From: Felis catus
Lineage: Eukaryota
Length of the DNA: 64,000 nt
Direction: 5' to 3'
Assembly: GCF_018350175.1 (NCBI RefSeq)
Contig: NC_058383.1
Span: 8,620,001 to 8,684,000 of the forward strand
The position numbers and the translations under genes were made by a program. Of this stretch, positions 37,789 through 50,374 are shown piece after piece. Numbering within the stretch: position 1 is the stretch's first letter; each line of letters begins with the position of its first letter. The notes under the pieces are model-generated. The model made no database searches. It was given only the letters and a program-made list of their open reading frames with translations, and was not told the DNA's origin.

Positions 37789-38670
37789 TGTTTCTTGTGT
37801 TTGATAAATCTTTAATACTCGGTTGAGAGGCCGGAGTTCAGGCAGAGAGAAAGTTAAAAAGTTAGGCACTTTGCCCTTTGAGGATCTGTCAGAAATGGGA
37901 GGAAAGCCTGCCAGAAGTTCTCACCAGAGAGGAAGGCAGGACTACAGGCGTCCACGGCTCTGCGGGAGCCTACCTGCCTTATAGCAGGGGGTGTGCCCGT
38001 GCACACGGGGCCTCAGGTTCCAACACTGGGCCTCGTCACCTCCTGGCATCGGCTGCCACACGATGACTTTGAAAGAAAACCGCAGTTTCTGCCTCCAGGT
38101 GCCTGTCCTTGTGAGACACTCACCCAGGACAATTTCCACCACTTTCAGCCTAGTTGAAAGTGCCCGGGTGTTCAGAGCCCGCCGGTTCGCCACCAGCCCT
38201 GCCAACTTCCCATGACTTTGGACTTGGGGCTGTCGGCTATTTCCAGCGGGAGAATATTTCTAAATCGTTTTGAGGGGACGCCCTCCTCTGCCATTCCCTG
38301 GGAAAGCTCTGGCCTGGGTGAGCGGCGTTTTCTGTAACTGGCCACCTCCTCCTCGTTCATAAGCCCGGAGACTGGCCAGTGTGCGACGCGTTGTGCAAGA
38401 AACAGCTGTTGTTTTGACAAAGGACGTGCTTGCCTCAGTTTTTGAGTTACCAGAGTGAGTCAAGAGCTCATCTATTCCAGGCCTCTGCTGCTGGGCAGGG
38501 GGACATGCGGGCCATTAAACATGCGTATTATGGGCCGCACGATGTAAAATATGTTTCTAGAACAATATATATGTGTATTTTTCACATCAGCAGGATTTAA
38601 AAAGTTAACAATACAGTGTTTCGAATTGGGTAATAATGCATGCACATGGCTAGAATAGTCAAAAGAGGTA

Positions 38671-38994
38671 CAATTGACCCTTGAACAATGGGGGGATTAG
38701 GGGTGTTGACCCCCGGCTGGTCAAAGATCCACATTCAACGTTTGACTCCCCCTGAACCTTAACTACTCAGAGCCTACTGTTGACTGGAACCCTGACCTAT
38801 AACATAAATAGTCGATTAACTCGTACTTTGTATGCCCTACGTATCATATACCATATGCCTACAATAAAGGGAAAAGAAAACGTTCCGAAGAAAATCATAA
38901 GGAAGAAAAATACATTTACAGTACTGTGCTATAAAAAACCCCTGCGTCTAAGCGGCCCATGCAGTTCAAACCCATGTTCTTCGAGGGTCAGCTG
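38671..38994 (-). mobile_element. Tigger2a-like non-autonomous TcMar-Tigger DNA transposon
   Basis: Terminal inverted repeats CAATTGACCCTTGAACAA (38671-) and TTCTTCGAGGGTCAGCTG (-38994), similar to the Tigger2 TIR CAGTTGACCCTTGAACAA; preceded by a TA target; internal gcagttcaaacccatgtt and taactact...agcctactgttgac motifs; sits in old L1-like sequence. Confidence 0.85.
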
Positions 38995-41683
38995 GACACT
39001 GAAGGGAAGGTTCCGCCTCCCCCCTCCCCCTACCCCCCCCAGCGCCTTCTCAGAGCCAAGCAGTTACAAGTGTCTTTTGTATCATTCTGGAGACAATCAA
39101 AGCTTATGCAAGCATATGTATAGATACTCTTTTAAACAATACTGGCATTGTTCTTGCACTTTGCTCTTTTTGCTTAAATATATCTCGAAGATCAGCCCAT
39201 CTCCTAGCACATGTAGGACTTTTTCTTACCATTGCAGAATGATCCTTGAGTGGATATGCCAACACGCTCTCGTTGGACACTGGTTGATTCCCAGGTGTGG
39301 GTTTTTGGTTTTTGTTTTCTCTTGGCGAGTTTTGAGTGCCTTTCAGGTGTGGGGACCCTCCACGCTCTTTTTTACACGTGACCAGTGACTCCCGGACTGA
39401 GGGTTCTGTATTTTAGGCCCCCACCGCCACCTCCCGTAAACACATTAAATTCCCTTGTTAATGTGTCATTGTATTTGACACTTTGAGCATAGGCGGGCCG
39501 GGTAGATAATAAAACAGTATTTGGCTTATGTTTAATAGCCGTCTCTTCTCTGCGTCGTCCCAACAACCGTACAAAGCCTCCGTCACCTTCAGAAGGCCTC
39601 GTGGTGGTTTTGTAAGGGACCTGGCCAAAGATCACGAGCCCTAAGTCTGACCAACCAGACCCCGGGGCCGGGGAAGCCCAGCCTGTCCTCCTTGGCGGTG
39701 CTGGTCGGTTTCTGTGCTGGCGGGCCGAGGCACGGTATTAAATCCGGAGACTCGCGTTGGTTTCTCATGTGGACCTGCGTATGTCTGCACGCGTGGGGAA
39801 GGGAGTGTGGCGGTCCCCCGGGGGGTCCCCGACTGCCAGCAGTACGTCACCCCAGGCTCACGGGCCCTGTGACCCCGTGACAAAGGTGGGTTCGCTGCCT
39901 TGTATCAAGGGTCCTGTCTCAGACTCAGCCCTCCTTGGTGGGGTTTTCTGATGGATGTGCCCATGGATCTTGTGGGCTGGGTCGGACTTCAGCGTGTGGG
40001 GCATGCAGGGACCCGAGGGCACCGTGTGCTCTGTCACGTCTTCCGCAGCATTGCCCCACTGTCCCCACGCTCGTCCCTCTAGGTGGGAAGGTGGGGGTCA
40101 GGGCTGGGACCACAGTCCCCTCTGTGCCCCCCACCGTCCAGCCGTTATGGCTGATTGGGTGACAGCTCCCCCCCCCCCCCCCCCCCCCCGCCCTGGAATT
40201 TAGGTCCTCATTGGAAGCAGTCAGTGCCCAAGTTTTCTGCATCTGCGGGCGATCAGAACAAAACATCAACGCTACTTTTTCTGTCATGTTTCAATATTGG
40301 CGTTTCTCCCCACTTCTTGAAGCCTCCTTTTATAACTTCTGCTCCTGCTGCTTAAATATAGCCGTCTAAGTCCTCCTCCTTACCAGATTGTTTATATTTT
40401 TGAAAAGCCTTCTGCTTATCTGCGATTGCTCTCTCTTCTCCGTCTCCATCCCCGCATCACCACATTCGTTTCGGTTGCTCTTTTTTCCCTGCCTTCACTC
40501 GACTGGGATGTGTTTCAAATGTGGTCTATCAAAATGTGCAGTGTTTCCCTCTTTTCTGCAGTAGCTTTGACATCTGTTCTTGAATTCTAGCCCATGTTAT
40601 TCTTTTGGACTTGTTTGCTCAAGATTTGCTGTAATGCCAGAAACACGACAGGGGAGAGAGAGTGCGGTGGGGAGTGTCTCCCCCTCGCCACCCCCCACCC
40701 CCCCAGTAAAAACCGTCTTATGATTTCCAAGTCAACACCACGCTGGATGAGGCTCCAGCGCCCTGTCGTCCCCTCTGGCAGTGACCCGCCCCATACTGTA
40801 CAAGTGAAGTGCCCATCAGGAGGCCCCACCAAACTCCTCCGGTTACTTTCGCCAAAAAGGGAAGCAGGTGAAACCTCATAGGGGTGGGGGTGGGGGAGGA
40901 GGACGGGGGGGGGGGGGGGAGACTCACGTGCTTCCCGGATGTCTGTGGAAGGATCTCTGTGTCTGATTTGCCTCGCTTTTCAGTCCTCAATTGGGTCCTT
41001 GCCCTGCTGAGCCCCAGGGATGGGGCATACCACGGAGAAGCCATGCGCAACAGCCACATCGAATCCTAAGCAAAAGATGCCAGTGTGTGTCTTTAGTAAC
41101 TGAGGCCGCTGGGCAAGAAAATGGGCCTTTTGGTGGCTACGGCAGCGTGTCCTTGTGCCCCTGCTGTCGGCTTGGGACACCACTCTGGGCCCATCTGCTG
41201 CAGGCTTGTTTGAAACGGATCCCGTTGGCAGCTCCTCCCAGAATTTCCGAGGCCAGGGCACAGGTTCTCTGATGCTCTGAGCGTTATTTTGTCGTGTGAG
41301 CCGAGGTCCTCTTCTTACAGGGCACCCGGCCCTGGTGGCTCTCAGAGTTTCAATGCAAGGACAGTAGCTTGAGAATAGCTGTTGTTACCAGGTGCCCCAT
41401 TCCCAAAGTTGACTGCATCCTGCAAATCATTATTCTTGGAATTTGCCCCGTAAAGGTCCCTCCTGAAAACTAGTCACAGGTTATGGGCATGATACCTCAC
41501 CTCTCTGAAACCCACAATATGTACTGTTAAATGAAAGCAGACCCAGTTATCAGCACACAAGCCCCCAGGCCCACACTGTTGAAGACAGACGAATAGCACG
41601 CCCCAGCGAGAAGCCCAGAGTAAAGCAGAGTCATCAGGACACAGAGACTCGGCAAGAGGGAAAGCTTGCTAAGAACAGAAACC

Positions 41684-41871
41684 AGGAGCGCCTGGGTGGC
41701 TCAGCGGGTTACGCGTCCATCTCTTGATTTCGGTTCAGGTCGTGATCTCGCAGTTCATGGGTGCGAGTCCCGCATCTGGCCCTGTGCTGACAGTGTGGAA
41801 CTTGCTTGGGATTCGCACTCCTAGCCCCTCCCCAGCTCACGCTCTCTTTCTCTCTCTCCAAATAAAAATAA
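41684..41871 (+). mobile_element. CAN-SINE, about 350 bp upstream of exon 2
   Basis: ggagcgcctgggtggctcag...cttgatttcggttcaggtcgtgatctc...cttgcttgggattc...ctctctccaaataaaaataa. Confidence 0.9.
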
Positions 41872-42188
41872 GTATGTTAGACGGCATCAGGGCATTGGGC
41901 TGACGCTGGCTTTAGCAAAGAAAAACGTGTCTGCGTGTTCTGTCCCCGAAGCAGTCATTTGTGAGGTGCGTGTGGACCCACGGCACATCGAGCCGGGGGA
42001 GCGTGGTGTTCCGGGACGTGCGCACGGGGCGATGGCAACTGCCCGAGTGTGTCCACTCCCTTCTGCGGCCCCAGCCCCTCCTCTGCCCAGGAGTTGGTAA
42101 CCCCCAGAGCCACGGGGTGGGGGTGGGGGCCTCTCCCGGGTTCTGGTCGAATGCAGATACGATCCCCTCTGGTACGAAGCAGCAGTGA

Positions 42189-42407
<219 letters not shown>

Positions 42408-45400
42408 TAAGCATTTCGCCCCCAGCAGACTGCGTGCCTCGCGGCGGGCTGGGGGCCCTCGGGCGTCGGTCGGTTGTCTGAACGCAGGAGAGCACGAGCT
42501 AATTCCAGATGCGCCTGCTGACCCACTTGGGTGTGCGAGAGCACGTGGCCGGCTGCGCGGCCCATTCGGGGCTCCGGCCCCCACGCTCCGTGCCCACGCC
42601 TGTTAGCACGTGACCCCGAGTCCTTGCAGGAGCCCCGAGCACGAGGGCGTAGCGGGAGGGGGTGCGGGGGGTCCTCAGAGGGCCCCTTCCCTGCTGCCCT
42701 GTCTGAGGCTGCACACTTCTGAGGACGCGATGTGCCGATCCTTCTTGTTGAACAGACATTTAGTCCGGTAGGGCCTGTTAAACGCCTCTGTTTCCTGAAA
42801 TACGCTTTAAAGGGCACTGGAAATGTGCTCCTCGTGGGCTCCTCTTTTTTCTTGTAAGTACACGTTTGAAAGGCCGTGTTCGGAGGGCCTCGGGCAGCAT
42901 TTTCCCAGTCTGTTTTCGAGGCCCCTGGTTCCCCCGGTCCCTGTCCAAGGGTTTGTAAGAAACGAAAAGCAAGGAGGGTTTTAGAGCCCATTGGACAGAC
43001 GTGGGAATTGCTTCCCGGGAGCTTCTGCCAGGCTGGCCCACGACGGTTCTCGGGCCGCGGGCTCTCGCCCCAGCCTCCTGCCCCCTCCCGTCAGGCGAGA
43101 GCGGACTGCCCACGTTCTTCCGTGCAGGACAAAGGATCAGGTCTGGAAGGCAAGCTGCTTTCTGGGAGGCATGTCCCAGACTTTCATAATATTCCTGAAA
43201 AATGATGCGTGATTGGAACTTTCAAGGGCAGACCCGTGTCAAGTGTACCGTCTAGCTTGCTGCTTGAGGGGGTGTGCTGTTGTGAGTCATTTTGGGAAAC
43301 AAATCATTAACCCTCTGTTTTCAGAATAAATATTTGGGGAGAAAACACGATAGCCCAGCGGGAAGAAAGGGGGCTTTAGGGGCAGACCCACCTAAGGGCT
43401 TTAAATTTTAGATCCCCTGCTTGCCCTCACCCCCCTCCCTTAAACGTGGATCTTCCCGTCCTATCCAAGCACAGGTGCGCATTGTAGAGATTCGGGCCTG
43501 GTTACCGCCTTCCATGTGGTATCGGGGATCCGCTCTGCTCTGTGTTGAGTAAAGACAGGATCCAGGACTGCCTTCCTCTAATTACTTTCCTTCTCCAAGG
43601 CCACTTCAGAGCAGGCCTTCCTGGAGGGTCTCACCATGGGGTTTCCCGAGCTCTCATCCTTGTCCTTGACTCCTGTTTCCCCTGGCCGGCGCCCGTCACA
43701 TCTGTCCCTCGAGCCACCCTTCGTACCGTTCCCGTAGTGAGCTGTCCTCCTCTGCCCCGCGTTCTTACTGCCCTTCCCTTGGTGACCATTTTCCTTGGAA
43801 AATCTAAAACAGAAGGTCAAGGTCATCCTTCCGAGGCAGCAGACAATTCAGTAAACATAATCTGTCCCATGGTCGGGACTATGAAGAGCAGCAGAGACCC
43901 GGATTCCTGGATGTTCCGAGTCCCAGGCTCCTGTCAGCTGTGGGGGCGGGGGCCCGCCGAGGGGGTGCGTTCCCCTCCGGCCACTGAGGGTACAGCCCCT
44001 CCCCTGACATGGAAGTGGGAGACCAGCTCACACAGCTTGAAGAGCCCTCCCCCTCCGAAACACTCAGCGTTTTATCTCCTAATCTCAGTCACTGGAAGAG
44101 GCTTGGGGGAGAAGCAGTGTGGTTCATAAATGCCATTTGGAGCATTTCTTTCCAGAGCACGGTTTTAGACCCTGTCTTCCGTGGAGAAGAGGGGCCCAGA
44201 AACACCCGGAAGGGGACAGAAGGTTTCTGTGCTGCTCGCTCCTGGCCTCTGCCAGCTGGTCCAGGCTAGTGCTCACTCAGGCTACTCTTGCTACCATGAG
44301 GAGAGTCTCGCTGCAACAGGAATTTCCAGGAAGCCGGGAAGGGTGACGCCCCCTGCGGCTCCCGCCCCTTCCCTCGGCTCTTTCTATCCCAGGACCGTCC
44401 ACGACATCTGTGTGGGGTCCCTGTGGGAACCCTGAGGCGAGAACTGATAGGGGAGATAGGTTCACTGATGCCACCAGCCGGCCAGAGTCCCGTGTAAATA
44501 GTGAAGCCACGTGAGGCCAGAACGGGGGTGGGGGCGTAGCTATAGCCAAGTCCTCCGGGGTTCGTGGAGGGGGAGGGTACACGGTGTGGGGGTCTGGTGG
44601 CACGTGTCGGGACTCTAGTGAGTGCGGGGCCTGGGGTCCACAGGGGATATTGGATTGTCTGTTTGGGGTCACAGTGCAGAGGGGCCCCCACGGTTTTCCA
44701 ACATCGGTCCCCTCTTGTGACTACACTGCTGGACGGATCGTTCAGCAACGGAGGGAATCAGTTCACACTTACCGTCGAGGAAACTCTTTGAGAGATTGGA
44801 CATAAAAGTGAAGGTTGCTTAGAACTTGTTCTCAGGGGTTCAAAAAAAAAAAATTGGCTCATTGGCAGGAGAGGCATCTTCCTTAGGGGGACACAGACCA
44901 GGATCTCCACAACTCAGAAAGTTGGCCGAGTGAGGACGAGGCCCTCGTTCCAGGGCGGGTGGCCAGCGCTGTGACTGGTTTGCACCTGCTGTGCTGATTG
45001 CTGATGAGCACGCGGGAGTCCCCCCTCTGTGTTCTGGGGAAGAAGACAATGCGCTCCTAGCGTCCGTCGAATGTTTAGTGAATCTATTATGCGGGATGAG
45101 GGCACCAGAGAAAAGTCAGAGGCGAGTGTGCTGGTCTCCCGACAGGGAGTTTCTATTTTCCAACCTGGCCCTGCCCACGGGTAGCTGGGGAAGCTCAAGT
45201 CCAGAGGGAAAGGGGGGCTGTGCGGGAGGCCTCAGAGCCAGCGGGCGGGTCCTTCCACACGGGATGAGCCCCGGGAGCACAGAGTGACAGGTGCCGCGGT
45301 GGCCAGAGCCCTGAAGGTTTTTCGTGTATGGTGCATTTTTTCTTTTAAGTTTCCATTTTGTGTCATTATATTAATCCCTTCACGGTCAGTTGATATTACT

Positions 45401-45644
45401 GCTTACATCTTTTTAACCCCCCAATTGTGGTCAATTTGAAGATGGTTGCAATTACCCCAAAAAAAAGTGTTAGACATTGTTCTGATTCAAAACAAACAAA
45501 CAAAAAAGCCCCTTTCAAAGAAAAATGGTTTTTAATTTTAATTTTGGAATGAAATATCCCTTCCCTATTGGATTAATAATTGATTAGGTGAACATAAGAG
45601 ACTGGGGGGATATTTCTATATTCTGTCACTTTCTGTGTGTATCA

Positions 45645-45753
45645 CCTCCGGTGGCTTACTGCCTCGTGGCACTGGTGAATTACTTCACCTCCCAGAGTCT
45701 CAGCGTCGTCACCTGTCAAAAGTGTGATGATAGGGCCCAGCTCACAGGGGTTG

Positions 45754-45794
<41 letters not shown>

Positions 45795-45860
45795 CATGCA
45801 TGCATATGTTGTGCATTTGTGTGTGTGTGTGAGCGTGTGGAGGGCTCCACACAAGCCTGG
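45645..45860 (+). mobile_element. MIR fragment containing a (TG)18 expansion (45755-45790)
   Basis: ttacttcacctcccagagtctcagcgtcgtcacctgtcaaa...gatgata...ctcacaggggttgctgtg is the MIR core, running into the TG repeat. Confidence 0.7.
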
Positions 45861-46002
45861 AACCTCGAGTCCAGGGCGTGTTTGTTACCAGTATGAGCTT
45901 GGGACATAGAGTACGGAGCACATTAGATGTAGTTGATTTCTGCTTCTCAAAGCCAGCTCGGGGAACTTAAAAAAAAAAAAAAAAAAAAAAAAGACACAAC
46001 AA

Positions 46003-46228
46003 GGGAGCTCCTGGGGGGCTCAGTCTGTTGAGCATCCGCCTCTTGATTTCAGCTCAGGTCATGATCTCACGGTTCGTGGGATTGAGCCCTGAGTGGGGCT
46101 CTGTGCTGACAGCATGGAGCCTGCTTGGGATTCTCTCTCCCTCTCTCTCTGCCCCTCCCCTGCTCATGCGAGCATTTTCTCTCTCTTTCTCTGTGTCTCT
46201 CAAAATAAATAAACATTAAAAAAAAAAA
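46003..46228 (+). mobile_element. CAN-SINE inserted in an A-rich target
   Basis: Complete head, CT region and tail; TSD-like A-run+CACAACAA on both sides (45995-46002, 46230-46237); A24 at 45969-45992. Confidence 0.93.
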
Positions 46229-49110
46229 CCACAACAAATGCAGGTAGTTTCAGCTCGTAGTATTTCAGAAGTTGGTTTGTGGTGACAGGTAATCATTTTG
46301 CAAATATTTTTGGAACACCTTCCATGTGCCAGATGGTTCCGCCCTGAGGATACAACCCTATCCTTGTTCTTAAAGAGTTCCTTATCTTTCTTACCAGCAA
46401 GTTGAACATCTTGATCTGGCATGTTAAGTGCTAAGATGTTATAATTGGAATCTTCTGAATGTAGACTTCCCCCCCAGAAACACTCTTCTATCCGTGGTAA
46501 AGGTCTCAGCCCCATGTGCCTCAGTAACCCTTGTTGTAGGTCAACAGGGCCCCTGTTGGGCCTTGGTTCTCAGTCTCTGAAACACCGGTGGGTGTTAAGG
46601 ACCTCCTTCCTCCCCTGAGAAATGCGCGCGCTTGCATCGTTTCTCCTGGACCCGCTGGAGCTCACCCGGAAGCCCCTGGCCTAGAACACAGTCCCCGAGA
46701 TGCACATCTGCGGCCTCAGTGTGCCACATCTGGAGGGCACTGGGGGTAGGGGTGGGAGACAGGAGGAGGGTGGTGAAGGGGGAGGTTAGGCTCGTGGCAG
46801 TATGTGCAGGAAGGGCGGTGGTGGCTTTCTTGAAGATTGTATGCCACAAAGTGCTCGCCTTCTGCTTTGCTCTTGCCCTGATCGGAGATCCCAGGTACAG
46901 GCCGGGACGACCTTTGAGGCCTCGGATGGCATTCGCGTCAATGAAGCCGACTGCGGACTGGGTCAGCAGGGACGTGGAAGCATGTGGGCACTGCCTACAA
47001 CTGGCCCTGGGAGGCCGGGCCCCCTCCGCACTCCTGGAAACAGTCATTTCTGGAAAGTCTGGGACAGCGCTAGGGTTTCACGATTCCACTCGGATTCCTT
47101 TTTCTTGTTCTCCCATCAGTTAAGTTTTCCACTACTTGGCCAGGCGGTGACGTGAGCCCAGGCGGTGTGGCCACTGAGTCCGTGCTCTTAACTGCTGGGC
47201 TCTGAGGCTGAGTGAGGCTCGGGCCCTTCCAGGGAGGTCCCAGGGCGCCTGCAGGGGGACAGCAGGCCCAGCTCACTGCCATGCTATTTGGACGGAATGC
47301 TCGACTCTCAGAAGAAAGGTCCTCAGTGTCAGACTCCATTCTACAAGGAGCATGGGCTTTGTTTTGTTCTGTTCCTGCTCTTTTCAGTGAGGGAGGAACC
47401 ATCGTTTGTGGGGGGCGGGGAGGGGAAGCAGGGAGCAGGGGCGCAGCGATTTCATCACAGAACCCCCCTCAGAACTCAATTCTGCCCTGTCTGTGTCCAG
47501 CTGCTACCCCAGAGTCGGTCTTAGGTACTTGTCTGCCCAACTTGGCCAGGTTGATTCATGTTTCCTATAAAAGGGGCCATGTCAACTGGGGCTGCCGTGT
47601 AGGGACTCTTGATGGTCATTTTTGTCCCGATGTACTTGTACCTCGACATGTCTTGCCCTCGAGAGCGTTAATCGTCGTGAAACCCGGCCCACGGCGGTCA
47701 TCGTCGGGGTCGTAGTTTTCCACGTCCCTCCTGCCCGAGTGCCATGGCGTGTCTTCTGTCACGGCCCTGACTGTCGTGGGCACAGCTGCCTGGGGTCAAC
47801 ACCGGGACTGACCGCCCCTCCCTCACTCGCCATCCACGCTGGAAGGTGGTCCTGGGCCCGATGCCAGCCGCACACCCGGCTCCCTGACAGGGAACATTCT
47901 CTTCAAGGCTGACCTGAACGCCTGCTCGCTGGCATTCATTTCCTGAGTGGCAGAATCTTGGTTCGCCCCTTCTTGGTTCGCTGCTCTGAATTTTTCATTC
48001 TTGGGAAACTGTTACCAAAAGTCAGGAGTCATGTTGGGGTACCACCTGGAAAGGAATCTCGTGCTGTCCCTCCATACAACCGTAACTAGGGCTGTGGATC
48101 CCTTCCCACCTCCGGCAGGGGGGACCCAGGGGGCCCAGGAGGGGACACCTTCTTCAGGAAAGCCACAGCCATCTAGTCGTTGATCAGGATGCACCCTCGG
48201 AATGAAATGAGAAAGCGTGTGCCCCAGCGTCGTGTCCCTCACACGCGGGTCACCCAGTCCCCTGTGGCCGAGGTGAGGACGACACTGCCAACTCTGTGAG
48301 TCCTTCCGTGCTCCCCGTGAGAGGAGGAGCCAGCAGGCCGGGGGATGGGGGGAGTAATATATAGTTGTGGCCCAGGCCCAAATGCATTTAGTCACTGCCT
48401 CTACAGCCTTTATATAGACACTGCAGGGAGTGACTCAGCCTGGAAAAAGAGAGTCACTTAAAAATAAAGTTGCAACTCAAATGGACACGTCCTGCACGGG
48501 CCGCCTGGAGCCCGCGTGGCCGGGTCTCGGTGAGCAGCGGGGGCATCCGTGCCCTGCGTGGTGCTGGAGGGGGGCCGGGTGCTTCCGGCATCACTTACTG
48601 CATCGTGGAGTCGGGGTGGGGGGGGCTCACACGTGACCCCCTGTGCCTCTTAAACTATAAAGCGGTGCGGAGACGTTATTAGCAGCTACTGGGAACGTTT
48701 GTGTTGAGTAGCGAGCGAATTCTCCACTCTCCGTCTTCTACAAACGGACGGAGTCCGGAGGCCGTGCGGCTCTTCAGTGACCACTCAGCTTTTGTTTCGT
48801 GCCTCTGTCCTTGTAAGAATCTACAACCGATGCACGCAACAGGCCCGAAACACCGGCATACGTTTCCTCATGTCTCGTCGGACGTGGGAGCGGTGGGTTT
48901 ATTGAAGACCCACAGTGCCGATTGACAGACTGGTTTTCAGAGAGCTGGGCGGACCAGACATGCCCCTCAGTGATGGGGGAGGCGGCTTATAAGCCTAGCA
49001 GGCCAGGGAGGCAGGCTGGGCACCAGCTGGACAACCCCCGCCGCCGACACACTTCTCATGTTGGGGGTCCAGGAACCTGCAGCAGCTCTGGTAGAATGAC
49101 TCTCTCCTGC

Positions 49111-49250
49111 TTTTTTTTTTTTTTTTCCTTAAGTAGGCTTCATGCCTGGCACAGAACCCAATGTGGGGCTTGAACTCACGACCGTGAATTGCAGACCTGA
49201 GTTGAGATCAAGAATCGGACACTTAACTGACTAAGCCACCTAGGTGCCCC
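49111..49250 (-). mobile_element. Short-form CAN-SINE
   Basis: taagtaggcttcatgcc...ggggcttgaactcacgacc...gagatcaagaatcggacacttaactgactaagccacctaggtgcccc; TSD-like tctctc(ct)gctttt on both sides. Confidence 0.9.
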
Positions 49251-49258
49251 TCTCTCGC

Positions 49259-49521
49259 TTTTTTTTTTTTTTTTTAGTATTTATTTATTTATTTATTTTT
49301 TGAGAGAGACAGAGTGCGGGGGGGGGCGGGGGTGCAGAGAGAGGGGGAGACAGAGTGCAAGCGGGGAAGGGGCAGAGAGAGAGGGAGACACAGAATCGGA
49401 AGCAGGCTCCAGGCTCTGAGCTGTCAGCACAGAGCCCGACGCGGGGCTCGAACCCCCAGAGCCATGAGATCATGACCTGAGCCGAAGTCAGAAGCTTAAT
49501 TGACTGATCCACCCAGGCCCC
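49259..49521 (-). mobile_element. Feline CAN-SINE with internal ~40-bp duplication of the CT-rich segment
   Basis: gagacagagtgc...gcagagagag unit occurs twice (about 49306-49346 and 49347-49385) before gagacacagaatcggaagcaggctccaggctctgagctgtc. Confidence 0.92.
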
Positions 49522-49802
49522 GCCCCCCGCCCCACTTCTGATGGGCAAGGCCTTTGTTTTGAGCCATGCACTTTGGATACAATGAGCACTTGATGACGAC
49601 CATAGCATGAAAAAGCCTTACCATATTTATAGCATTTGCTTCGGAAATCTTTCCTTTACAAAAGAGAATTCTTAAAAATGCAAATTACCCTGCAAGATTC
49701 ATTTCTCAGACAGGCAGCTAGTAAAATTTTATTTGATGCTTCAGTTTTATTATTTTTTTGTGTATAGAACTTTTTAAAAAAGGAATTCAAGAAACGCCTT
49801 TC

Positions 49803-50374
49803 CTTGGCAGTTCTTCAAAATGTTAAACATAGCGTCACCCTGCGACCCGCCCTTTCTACCTCTAGGTGTGTGTATATATTCAAAAGAATGGAGAACAGGT
49901 CCACCCAAAAACTTGCACACGAATGCTCACAGCAGCATAATTCAAAAGAGCCAAAAAGTAGCAGCAACCCCAATGTCCCCCGAGGGATGAGTTGATAAAC
50001 AAAGTGTGGCCTGTCCATACAAAGGAACGTTATTCAGCTGTCAACAGGGATGAAGCAGTGACATCTGCTCCAAGAGGGATGAACTTGGAAAACATTACAC
50101 AGAGTAGAAGAAGCCAGACACGAAATGCCTCCTGATCCCATGTCTATAAAATGTCAAGAAAGAGGCAAAGCCAAAGAGGCAGAAAGTGGAGAAGTGGCCC
50201 AGGGTGGGGGGGTGGGGTGTGACTAATAATACAAGGTTTCTTTCTGGGATGGTGGAAATGTTCGGGCATTGGCTAGTGGTAGCAGTGGCACAACTTTGGG
50301 ACAATGTCAGACATGACTGAACTGCACGCGTTAAAAGGGTAAACTTTGCGGTATGTGACTTTTCTCTTAATTTA
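49803..50374 (+). mobile_element. Old L1 (L1MB-like) 3' end
   Basis: ttggcagttcttcaaaatgttaaacatag...aaaacttgcacacgaatgctcacagcagcat...gatgaacttggaaaacatta...agaagccagacac...ggtttctttctggg.tg.tggaaatgttc...ttaaaagggtaaacttt. Confidence 0.88.

Noticed and set aside
38780..39388. 202-aa ORF as a possible transposase
   Set aside because: It spans a 324-bp non-autonomous Tigger fossil and adjacent old L1-like DNA; no DDE or HTH motifs seen.
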